From positions 1,302,001 to 1,366,000 of the forward strand of contig CP075495.1 in the NCBI GenBank assembly GCA_021613535.1: a stretch of DNA of 64,000 bases, given 5' to 3'. The translations under genes were made by a program, and so were the position numbers. Below the pieces are notes generated by a model, which saw only the letters and a program-made list of their open reading frames with translations, was not told where the DNA came from and ran no database searches. The stretch is from Adineta vaga. Lineage: Eukaryota; Animalia; Rotifera. Shown piece after piece: positions 49,416 to 60,943 of this stretch (position 1 is the stretch's first letter; every line of letters begins with the position of its first letter).

Positions 49416-51531
49416 TTAATGTTGAAGTTGATCAATTAATTGATTATATCGATCATCATTTTTCTTTTCATTCTCATCGAGTTTATCGAAAAGAAGATTT
49501 AATTTCTTTCGAATTTCATATAACATTAATGATGATACATTATCTTGAACTAATTGTGGTTCTTCATTTTCATTACACTAAAATGGAATAGAAAACATAT
49601 GATAAAATAATCTATCTTACTTTTCTTTTCATACTTTATTTGAATCTTTCGAAATTGTTTCAGATATTTTATCTTTTAAATGAAGTTTCATTCGTCGATC
49701 TTCACATAAAATAACTGATGTATAATCAATAAAAACTTGAATTGTATAATGTGTTGAATGAATTCGATTAACTTTAATTTTAATCCAATGAGAATCTGTT
49801 CGATACCAAAATCGTTTAAATTCATCATGAGAAAGATATTGTTGAAAACGAACACGAATAGCAAGCCATGGTAAACATGAAACAGATGATGGACATGCTG
49901 ATAATTTTGAACGTTCAATATCACATTCATTACCATAATCAACAAAAACAATTCGACATTTTTCACCTAAGATAAAAAAAATGAATAAATAAGAAGACAT
50001 TTTTCAATCAACCTTCTATCGATCGAATCCATGCTCGATAATATCCGACATTTTCATCACCATTCTTTTCATTTTTCCAAGGAGCAATTACCATCCTAAT
50101 TCAATGAACAAATTTATCGTCATATGTCTATTCTTAAACTTACATTCGTGGTTTAACACAAAGTGGATGAATTGTTCGTGGTTCTTTAACATTATATTGA
50201 TGATAATCAATTGATGCTAATGCTTTATCAACTTCATTTGTTGTTTTATCACACATAAGAACGTAGAAATCATTATTTTGACTATCATCTCCTCGATATG
50301 ATGCTAAGATTGACCAATATTCATCAGAAATATTTAAAATTGTTTGATGACGAAATTCATCTTCTAAATATTCTTCTTTTCTCATTGTTGAATTCTAAAC
50401 AATTTTGAAGACAAATTTTTTCCAATGAATTTTCAATGAATACAAACTGGATGGAGTAAATTAATAATTTGATCATTAATACTTTCATTATTATGATTAA
50501 GAATGATTAAATCACTTGCAAGTACACGTACTTCATAATCATGATAATCTAGAGTAGAAGAAGAAGAAAGAAATAAAAGAAGATATTCTTTTTTTCAATT
50601 TTATTTACGAACTTAATAATTGATGACATGATGCTAATGTTGTTAAACTTGCTAATGAACCATTTCTAACACCAGATAAACGACATTGAACACAACAAAT
50701 TGGTTGCCGACTTAAACTTAAAAAATACAATTCGATTCACATATTACTATAGTTAGTCAATAATAAGACTTACGATGTTGGCATTTCTCGAATATCTAAA
50801 TAAAAGAAAAAAATTCTCTGAATGAAAACATATGATTTAATCAAAATTTACCTGAAATTACAACTTGTCTTTCCATTCCCCAATCAATCAAATGAACAGT
50901 AACAAGACTATCTTCATTTGTAATTAAATTCTCTTTTGTTAATAATCGACAACGAAACCACGATGATTGACTTTTACACATATAATATCCATCGATTTTC
51001 AATCTAAATCTTTTCCAATGAATCAAAAAATCAAACAGAAAGATTGATCGAACTTACGTTGAAGTCTCAACAATTGGTTGTTTATCTAATAAAGTTTGTT
51101 GAAATGTATCATTTAACATTCGTGTTGCAGTTAACCAATCATCATTTAACATAATATAGACAAAAGTTAAATGTTCATCAACATGTGAAACTCGTACATT
51201 ATGATAAACTTGTGAACGTTCAAGACGTGGCTTATGTATTGGAATATCCAAAACATCAAATTCATAGATAGTTTCATCATTAGTATGAACTAAATAAAGA
51301 ATATTTTTTCCTAAGAAAAAGAAGAAGAAAAAATCAAACAAATTTACTCGAAGTATTTGCTAATTGTTCGGATAGTTTATAATGACTACCGGAACAACTT
51401 GATGGTGATCGTTTTGAAATATAAAAATTTGAAAATGGTATTGTTGGAGTTTTTAATGCACTTGTCCATGATTGATTATCATTTGTATCTACATCGAATG
51501 TTGTATCATCATCAATACATTCGTCTTTCAT
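49416..51531 (-). CDS. Protein with two extended Tudor domains and a C-terminal coiled coil, many small exons
   Basis: Tudor 1: WFRCRLL...VTVHLIDWG. Tudor 2: YYRAWIRSIE|GEKCRIVFVDYGNEC followed by LPWLAIRV. Last exon LYEIRKKLNLLFDKLDENEKK...QLQH*. Confidence 0.8.
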
Positions 51532-51907
51532 TGTTTGAAACTTCTATTCAACGCTAATCGAAAACTAAATCTAAAGAAGAAAGAATAGGGATGAAATAAT
51601 CACGACACGTTTTTATATATTCTTCCATTCTCTCGATGAATAAAAGAGAAAAATCTATTTAATCACGTTGTTCGTTTTTGTTTAGAAATGAACATCGTAT
51701 TGTGCCTGATGAAATATCTATTGCGTCATCATATCTGAAAGATTTAATTAGAATTGAATTAACCAATAGCGAATGAAATATGTAAAGTTATTAATGCATT
51801 TATTCTAATCATACTGCGATAACATTATTGTAGAAGATATTTTTGCTTTGATATATTCATATCATGTATTTTTATCGGTATAAATTTCAATCTCGTTGGT
51901 GTCGAAC

Positions 51908-52747
51908 ATGAAAACTCAATTTGAAAATATTCCTAATGAATTATTCTATGAAATCCAATTATATTTAAATGCTACTGATCTATTCGAAGCTTTTTCAAAT
52001 CTTAATTCTCGTTTTAATTCTTTACTCAATGCAATAAATAATCTTCATTTCGAAATCGATTCGACTGTTGCTCAACAACGTTTATCAACAATTTCATTTG
52101 CATCTCGCATTACAAATATTCGCATTCCAAATGATAGTGATGCTGTTGCTATCGCACCAATATTTCCTCATATTCGTTCGATTATATTTCAACGAGCTAT
52201 TCGATTGATTCCATCAACATTATCGACGCTTGAATATATTAAACTTGATTTATCAATGATGCGACCAAAACATGCTATTCATCTTTGTTCTATGATTTTC
52301 TCTTCTGATTTTCCTTGTCTATCTTCATTGTATATATTACATCGAAAATCTAGCGTTGTCGGCCATTGGAAACCATTGATAGCATCGATTCGTTATCATC
52401 AAAGTTTAACAATAACTGAATTTATATTTGATATTCGACCTACAACTGAATGGAAGATGCTCGAACAATTTCTTCAATCGATGCCATATTTACAACGACT
52501 AAATGTTCGACAATTGAATACACGTACTCGTTGGACATTATTAGAAATAGCTCAAACATTTCGAACAATGGTTTCTCAATTAAATCATCTATTTATTCGA
52601 ATTAATTCATTAGATATGAATATTCTTTTCGAAGATAATGAATATAATCATTCACTTTATCCTCTTTTCGTACGAGTTCATTCGGAAACAAGAAAATCAA
52701 AAAAACTCTGCACAACAACAATAATTTCATCAAAACTTCATCTATAA
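51908..52747 (+). CDS. F-box-like protein with degenerate LRR-like C-terminus, intronless
   Basis: N-terminal FENIPNELFYEIQLYLNATDLFEAFSNLNSRFNSLL, a pattern typical of the expanded bdelloid F-box-like family; FPCLSSL and MPYLQRL repeats. Confidence 0.75.
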   Translation: MKTQFENIPNELFYEIQLYLNATDLFEAFSNLNSRFNSLLNAINNLHFEIDSTVAQQRLSTISFASRITNIRIPNDSDAVAIAPIFPHIRSIIFQRAIRLIPSTLSTLEYIKLDLSMMRPKHAIHLCSMIFSSDFPCLSSLYILHRKSSVVGHWKPLIASIRYHQSLTITEFIFDIRPTTEWKMLEQFLQSMPYLQRLNVRQLNTRTRWTLLEIAQTFRTMVSQLNHLFIRINSLDMNILFEDNEYNHSLYPLFVRVHSETRKSKKLCTTTIISSKLHL

Positions 52748-53665
52748 ACAATAATTCGTGTAATCATTGTCAAGTAATCGTTTTTTCGCATCAATACGCA
52801 TCATTTTAAATCTTTTATACGTAAATTTCCACCACCAATACATAAATGGTGGAAAAACAAGAATAGCAGTTGTAAAAAAACATAATGATGAAACATAAAC
52901 AATAAAATCATAACCAAATGGTCGTTGTATTTCACGTAATTGTTGAATACCAAATATAATACCCGTAATTGAAAGTGGAATACAATACATAATAAAATAA
53001 AGTGTAGCACATATTAAACTCCATATAAGAAGAATTGTTATTTGAGGTATTTGTCCATGTTCATATTGATGTTTATAAATAGCAATTGATTCAAGTGCAG
53101 GACCTAAAGCAATGCTTGGGAAATAGAAAGTTAATAAAATAAGAATTTCATAGAATTTATAATGAAATCGAGAATTTTCTTCAAGAAAAAGAAATAAAAT
53201 TGAAGTTGCATCAAATATAGAATAACTTATTGAACGAATAAGAACATATTTCATTCGTCCAAATGTATTTGTACCAAAAATAAAATCATTTGTCTTCTTT
53301 TCACCATATTTATATTCTAATATAATATTTAAACTATGTAAAATTGTTTCAATAGTAAAAGAAATAAATGCAACAAGAATAACATTATAAGACGTTTTTA
53401 AAAGACATAAATATGCTAAAAGTTCACCAAATTCAATTATAATTGAACCAATTGTTTGAATATGAAGATATGGACTAATTGATGGTAAATTCGAAAGAAG
53501 TCCAATAATTAAAAGAACAAAAAAAAATAAACGTTCTTCAAATTTATCATTATTTGATTCTTGTTTAACAATAAAATAAATAATAATTTGTTCAATTAAA
53601 TTTAAAATATCAATTGAAATATGAATTATTGATGACCAATATTCAATAAAAGATCGTTGAACCAT
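52742..53665 (-). CDS. Uncharacterised multi-pass membrane protein, intronless, 307 aa
   Basis: Long ATG-initiated ORF with roughly 7-8 hydrophobic segments and a basic cytoplasmic tail. No family motif recognised. Confidence 0.7.
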   Translation of the reverse strand: MVQRSFIEYWSSIIHISIDILNLIEQIIIYFIVKQESNNDKFEERLFFFVLLIIGLLSNLPSISPYLHIQTIGSIIIEFGELLAYLCLLKTSYNVILVAFISFTIETILHSLNIILEYKYGEKKTNDFIFGTNTFGRMKYVLIRSISYSIFDATSILFLFLEENSRFHYKFYEILILLTFYFPSIALGPALESIAIYKHQYEHGQIPQITILLIWSLICATLYFIMYCIPLSITGIIFGIQQLREIQRPFGYDFIVYVSSLCFFTTAILVFPPFMYWWWKFTYKRFKMMRIDAKKRLLDNDYTNYCL

Positions 53666-54254
53666 AGTTGTTTTTCTTGTTGGAAAAATATTTTTAAATA
53701 TGAATATTTTACCTTGACAAACGTCTTAATAATTATTTTTCTTTAGGAAAACTATCACGTTCTTTCGTTTGCTATTAAAAATATGAAGAATGATGTGTAT
53801 GGAAATGGCAGACGTTCTCATACTACTGTTGATTTTTAACGACTTAAATTACAGACTAGAGTTCATGAATAACAGACAAACTATGCAGTTTTTTTATCGC
53901 AAACACAGAAAAAGATTGTTATATCATCTTGTTTTATTTCTTCTAGAAAAGAATTATTATTACATAAAATATTGTCGTAGAAATAATATCTACTTTATCA
54001 CGGTAGTTTTCATTGAATAATTATGAATTTATTTTCTCTAAAATATACACTTTTAATTGCTTTCAGATCTAAATGTTAATTATTATCGTATTACTTAACG
54101 TGTCTTATTCAAAGATAAAGTATTAGTGAAAAATAAGCGGCTCATTTGTCATAATAACATAAGATACGATTCGATTAATTCTGGAATAATATACTTTTAT
54201 TGAGAAATGAAAAAAGAAAAATTTTTATGAGAAATATTTTATTTTATCGATTGA

Positions 54255-55230
54255 TTATGGTTCAGGTGCGAGAAGTTTTTGAATAACTTCATCACCTTTA
54301 CAACTAAATAAAATATTAATTAGAAATGATAAGATATTGAATATATACATACCCATTTATAAATTCATCTCTATTTAATTTCTTATCACCAGTTATATCA
54401 AGTTTAATGATAATTTCCTTTGCACGTTTATGTGGATCTTGATTACCTTGACGATCATTAACACCAGCACGATCATACTGAAAAAAAAACAAAACGAATT
54501 GATTTTTTTGTAAATTAATAAATGAAATTCTTATACCATAGCTGAAATTAAATGAGCTAATTCATTTTGATCAAGTAATCCATCATTAGAAACATCCCAT
54601 CTAAATAAACAAAAAAAAGAACTTATTATTTTCTTAAAAACAACAAAAAAAAACACAAATTTACAAATCAAAAATAATATCAAGTCGTTCTTCTAAACTT
54701 CCTGTACGATTACCGATAGCAGCAAGAAAAAGAAATTCATTAAAATCAATTGAATTATCTTTATTCGTATCAATAACATCAAATAATGTACTAAAACAAA
54801 TAGAAACTTAATTTCGCCCAACAATTTCATAAATAAACATACTTGCATGAAAGAACCGAATTGTTTTCAGGATAAAGTTCTTTATATGTACTCACAAATG
54901 TTTCTTTATCAAGTTTACCTCCTGGATATTTACGTAAAAATTCCTATTACAAATATCTTATGAAATTACATGATGAAAAAATATTTGATAAATAAAACAT
55001 ACACTATGCCATAATTTGATTTCTAATAATTGAGAAAAACAGAAGTAAATTATAGGAATTTAAAAGTTGATAATTGAACATACCTTTATCAGTTAAATTT
55101 GTACTAGATCGAAGTAAAGCTAATTCTGTAAAATAAAAGGATTTTTTAAATTTTTAATAGTGGAAATAAACAAACCTTTTTGAGTTAAATCAGTTGATTT
55201 TCGTTCTTTTCGTGGTCTTTTTTGTTCCAT
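54255..55230 (-). CDS. Neuronal calcium sensor / recoverin-family EF-hand protein, paralog 1
   Basis: EIKLWHSEFLRKYPGGKL, EF loops DTNKDNSIDFNE, DVSNDGLLDQNE and DITGDKKLNRDE. Starts MEQK; includes a 20-nt exon. Confidence 0.9.
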
Positions 55231-55526
55231 ATGTATTTATTGAAATATAATCTAAAATCATAAAATGATCATCGAATCATTTTTTTGGTTTTAGTTTTCG
55301 ACCTTCGAAATTTCTGTTTACGACGATTATTTATATCGAAGGAAAAACAAAACAAGTCTAAAAGACTGAATGATATGCTTGATTTATTCGTATGAATCGA
55401 AAACATTATAATTTTATTACGTACTTTAAAAACGACGAAAAAACAACACATATACGTCATACATGAAAATAAAAAAAGGAAAGGTACATTTATGTTTTGT
55501 TTTTCGTTTATAATCCGTTGGAAAAT

Positions 55527-56783
55527 TTACTTCCTTGTAAAATCTAGAACAATTCGACCACTAATCCGATAATTTTCCATATCATCGAAAATTTCATTAA
55601 TATCTTCTAATTTACGATTTTGTACTTTACATGTAATATGATGATGTTTTGCTAATTGTAATGCTTCTTGCATATCTAATCGTGTTCCAACGACAGTTCC
55701 AACAAGTTGAATACCTTTTAAAACACAATCAACAATTGGTACTGACATTTTACCAACAGGTAAAGCAACAGCAACAACACGACCACCACTTTTAACTGAT
55801 TTAAAAGCTTCATCATAAGCTGACATTACAGGAACGGTAACAATCGCTGCTTGAACACCACCATTGATGTTTTGTTGTACCCATTCACTATGTTTATCAC
55901 TAGGACCATCATAAACTATCGAATGAAGGAAATCATTTTTTGATTTTAGTTCACATTTTTTCTTTTACCTTCTTCCGCACCCATCTCTTTTGCTAATTTT
56001 ACAGCTGTCTGAAAGAATAACAAAGATAAAACAATCTTTTAGGAATCTTTTTTCTATTTTTACTTTATCATTTGGTGCAACAATAGCTATGATTCTCAAT
56101 CCCATAGCTTTTCCATAACTAACAGCAAGAGATCCTAAAAAATGAATGTTTTTATTAATTCAAAAGAACTAAATCAATTGACATACCAAGACCACCAACA
56201 CCAACAATCGATACATATTCACCTGGTCGTGCTTGAGAAACTTTCAAAGCTTTATAAACAGTTACACCCGCACAATAAAGTGGTGCAGACGTAAATGGAT
56301 CCATGCCTTCAGGTAATTTCACAGCAAAATTAGCATCCATCAAAGAATATTCAGCAAAACATCCATCAATATTAAAACCTGAATTTCGTTGATTTAAACA
56401 AAGTGTTTCACGACCACTCAAACAATAATCACAATGAAGACATGTATTTTGAATCCAAGGAATGCCAACAATATCACCTTTTTTAACATGATTACCAACA
56501 CTTGAACCTAATTCAACAATTTCACCAATACCTTCATGTCCAACAATTCTTGGAAGTGTTGGTCGAATATCCCAATCTTAAAAATTAACAATGACATATT
56601 CATTGAAAATAAACATATTCTTTTCTTACGTCCTTTTGCTAAATGTAAATCCGAATGGCAAACACCACACGCAATATTTTTCACTAAAATATCATTAGGT
56701 CCTACTTGAGGAATTGGTACTTGTTTAATTTCTAATGGTTCTGTATAACTCGTTACTACAGCAGCTTTCATCATCTTCTTCAT
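55527..56783 (-). CDS. Zinc-dependent alcohol dehydrogenase, AdhP (bacterial/yeast) type, 4 introns
   Basis: MKAAVV, CGVCHSDLH, GHEG, VGIPW, C..C..C.......C structural zinc, APLYCAGVTVYKALK, GVGGLG, VGTRLDMQEAL, INEIFDDM...GRIVLDF. Confidence 0.93.
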
Positions 56784-57057
56784 TAGATTGTTTATATAGA
56801 AGGAAAAAAAAGGTGTGCGATTGACTGTAATGTTTATTTTGGTATAGTCAATTCATGTGATATATTGTTCTTATAAAAAAAACCATCAATAATATCGATC
56901 GATAATCGATAGTAGTTATTCAGTCGGAAGAAAAGCAAAATAATCCAGGTGTAAGATTGAATAAAACTACCTTTTTTTCCTCTTTTCAAATGATTTTATT
57001 GATCAAATCGATTGGACAAAAAAGAAAGTATATGTCTATTTTTTACCAATGAGTAGA

Positions 57058-58040
57058 TTACTGATCAGGAACAAGAAGTTTATGAATAACTTCATCACCT
57101 TTGCATCTAAACATAAAAACAAGGAACATTATACGATGAAATCTATTCGATATAGAAACATACCCTTTGATAAATTCATCTTTGCTTAATTTCTTATCAC
57201 CACTAATATCAAGTTTAGTTATAATTTCTTTAGCACGTTTATGAGGATTTTTATCACCTTGACGATCTTTAACTCTGGCACGATCGTACTTTAAAAAAGA
57301 TAAGGATCTCATTTATAATCTATTGAAATAATCATGACAAAATAAATCTTACCATAGCTGAAATTAAATGAGCCAATTCATTTTGATCAAGTAATCCATC
57401 ATCAGAAACATCCCATCTAAATTATAATAATCATTTAAAATAATGAATTTTCTACAAAATAAATAACATACAAATCGAATATTGTATCAAGTCGTTCATC
57501 TAAATTATCACTGCGACCAGTAACAGCAGTAAAGAAAAGAAATTCATTGAAATTAATCGTACCATCATGATTTGTATCAATTGAATCAAGTAGAACACTA
57601 TATATATATATACAACAATCATACTAACAAACGAAAATCAAAATAAAAGAAGATTTACTTATTTACAGCATCATCACTCGTTGGATTAAATTCTTTATAA
57701 GCTTTCATAAATGTATCTTTGTCGAGTTTACCATTGGGATATTTACGAAGAAATTCCTAGAGAATGAAATTTATCTTCAGCCTTATTGGAAAATTCGATT
57801 GATTTCACATACTGTATGCCATAATTTGATTTCTACAAAAATTTACAAATTCAATTCAAATAATACGAATAAAACGATAGATTTTACCTTTATCACTTAA
57901 TTTCGAAGTTGATCGAAGCATTGCAATTTCTAAAGAATAATTTAAAGATATTGATTTAATTTCAAATTTCTAATCTATAACAAACCTTTCTGAGTTAAAT
58001 CAGTTGATTTTCGTTCTTTCGTAACTTTTTTCTGTTCCAT
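57058..58040 (-). CDS. Neuronal calcium sensor / recoverin-family EF-hand protein, paralog 2
   Basis: Same exon structure as paralog 1; EF loops DTNHDGTINFNE, DVSDDGLLDQNE and DISGDKKLSKDE. Starts MEQK. Confidence 0.9.
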
Positions 58041-58729
58041 ATCAAATCTTTTGAATTAATTCCTGTAAAAAAAATATGAATAAATGTTGACTTAGTATCT
58101 ATGAAAGAATCAATCGGAATATATATATATATATATAAACTAGGTGGAAAGGTAATAAAATCAGATATGCTTCATTAAATTAAAACAATGAAGAAGATAT
58201 AACGAGAGAGAAAAAGAAACTTTCTCTTTGTCAATGGACAAACGAACAAAAGTATTATTCATGAGCACAATCATGAATATTTTTACTGAAGAATAAAACA
58301 ATGAATAGATATGTGATTCACAAATGATTATATCACCACAATATATTGACCTTTTCTTTTCCGAATACATTTTTTGTACGTCTGTTTTTGATTTGCTTGC
58401 TTATAATACATTCAATTTTAATAATACTATAAATAATCACAATTTATTCCAAACCAGTCATTCATCTTATGAATAGTACGATGTAATATTTCATAATTAT
58501 TGTTTTCAAAAGAATTCATGTCTTTTCCAGTAAAAGTATGCTTGTGACATTGAATTCCATTGTACTATCGAATTCATCAAGGTTATCGATTGATCGTATC
58601 TAAATGGCAATTGATAAAAACAGAATAATAACTTTTTATTTCTAAAATCAAGTATACTCTTGAACTTCACGTTTATGTTAGTCAGGTAAATATATAATAT
58701 GATGATAACAAAAAAAACCCAAAGAGAAC

Positions 58730-59806
58730 ATGAAGTTTTCGAAACAGAAAGAATTCATTCAACGATCAATGTTTGATAATAAATATTATAATCATGGATT
58801 GCCTGAAAATCGACGATATATTCAACTAAATATGAAAAATTCTCGTACTCGTATGATAGTTCCATTACCAATAAAAACAAACAAGAGAATATCGAGTAAA
58901 TTAGATGTTGATTTATATCGTTGTTTAAGTACTCAAAATATTTCTAATGAAAACGAATATTCCAAATCAACGTTTATAAATATAAATAATACAAGCGAGT
59001 AAGTCACATACAATCATTTGCTTCATTTTTTCAAAATTTTCTTTCATAGGAAGATTTCTGAATTAATTCGTGAATGTGCAGTTTGTTTATTAGAACAATC
59101 TGTTGATCAATTTCATAGATGTTATAGTTATCAATGTGAACATCATCAACGAACCATATGTGATACATGTTTATATAATCATTTGAAATCTCTTTTGGAA
59201 AATCTCATTGATCAGAATAAAATCCATTGTCCTGAATCGAATTGTACTGCTTTAATACCTTTTTCTACTATTCATTATATATTTATGTCGAGAAATAATT
59301 TACAATTATTCGAACGTTATGATCGACAATTAACTCATCAATATCTTGAGCAAAATAAAGAATTCATCTGGTGTACATATAATACATGTAGTTCAGGTCA
59401 ATTTCATGATATGGGAATTTATTCGAATCCAATGATGAATTGTATTAAATGTAAAAGACAAACATGTGTATATCATCGTACTCGATGGCATGTTGGAATG
59501 ACTTGTAAAGAATATGATCAAATTAAAAACACGACTATTGATGATAATAATACACAAATATGGCTTAGAAAACATTCAAAAATTTGTCCAAAATGTCATT
59601 CATATATTGAAAAAGTTTCCGGATGTGATCATATGACATGTAAACGATGTGGACATCAATTTTGTTGGCAATGTTTAGTTGATTATCAAAATATTCATCG
59701 ATATGGATTAAGACAACATAGAATCGATTGTAGTCATCATCCAACTTATTATCGTTCAGCGAACAATTTATCTTCACAAAGATCAACAACATGTAATATT
59801 TTTTAG
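58730..59806 (+). CDS. RBR (RING1-IBR-RING2) E3 ubiquitin ligase, 2 exons (intron 58999-59049)
   Basis: RING1 CAVC..CEH..CDTC..CPESNC, IBR WC...C..C..C..C..H..WH...C, RING2 CPKCHSYIEKVSGCDHMTC..C..FCWQC with catalytic Cys. Ends CNIF*. Confidence 0.92.
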
Positions 59807-59859
59807 ATCGGAAATGAATTTCTTTTTTTTTTTTAATTAATAAAACATATAGACAACGA

Positions 59860-60750
59860 CTAGGAATCATTAGTTTGCGTTGGTTGACCTAATTAAACAA
59901 AATAAAATAGTATTTGAAATAAATATATTTTCATTTTTACTTTGTTGTTGTACAATCATATCTTGATGAACTGTTGCTAATGTATTTGTAATCGTTACAC
60001 ATTCTCGTTCAATAATTTTCGAATAATTCTTTACATCACCTAATTCCTAAATGAAAATTAATAAAATTTTACACTCATTTAGGTCAGACAAAGTTAAACG
60101 TTAAATCTTAAGAGAGTATTTGTTATGAGGATGACCTTAATATCCTAACAGAGAGAATTTATTTAGAAAACGATTACTACAAGCTACTTTTATAAAAGTT
60201 ATGACTGATTAGAATATTTTCTTTAGGTTTATTTCATGTAGTAATAATTATATTCAAATGACTTTCATCACTAACTTAAAGTTTAGAATGTTTCTAGTGT
60301 CTGTGTTGATTTTGAATGAAACATTGTTTTCAATTTTGCCTAGGATATATTTATTACCTTTAATGCAGCAGTAAATTGTCCAATGAGATTAATCCATGCT
60401 TGAGATTGTTTAGAAAGTAAATTGGATTGTACTGTTAATTGTTTACAAGCTTGATCGATACGTTTTTCATTCTTATAACATTCTGATACACTAAGAAGAA
60501 AAAGAGTTTTGTTAGTTCAATAAGATGAAAAAAGAGATGTTTTGTAATGAATTTTTACTCATTATTCAATCGATCGAGTATATGACGTGTTAATTGATCA
60601 ATTGATAGAAGTAATTCTTTCTTTTTCTTTTCTAAATATTCATCGAAAATTTTTTTTAAATCTTATCCGATTCAAATAATTTTCATTACCTTGTTTATGT
60701 TTTAATGATGAAACTCGTTCAGTATGATGACGGTAGATATTCGAAAGCAT
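59860..60750 (-). CDS. BLOC1S1: BLOC-1 subunit 1 (GCN5L1), 5 exons; not in the ORF track
   Basis: Spliced product MLSNIYRHH...QEKKRKE...DRLNN.VSECYKNEKRID...KQSQAWINLIGQFTAALKELGDVKNYSKIIE matches the family pattern. Confidence 0.88.
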
Positions 60751-60943
60751 TCTTCTGATAATAATGATTTACTACTTGAATGTCAATCAATAAAACAAAA
60801 CAAAAAACAACAACGATTTGATGCCTATCCATTCTTTCGTATGTTTCCTAGAGGGCAGTAGTTACCATTTGAAAACAAACATATTTCGATCAGAAAACAT
60901 ATTTTATTTAAAAAAACAGAAAGAAGAACACTTGATCTTATTT

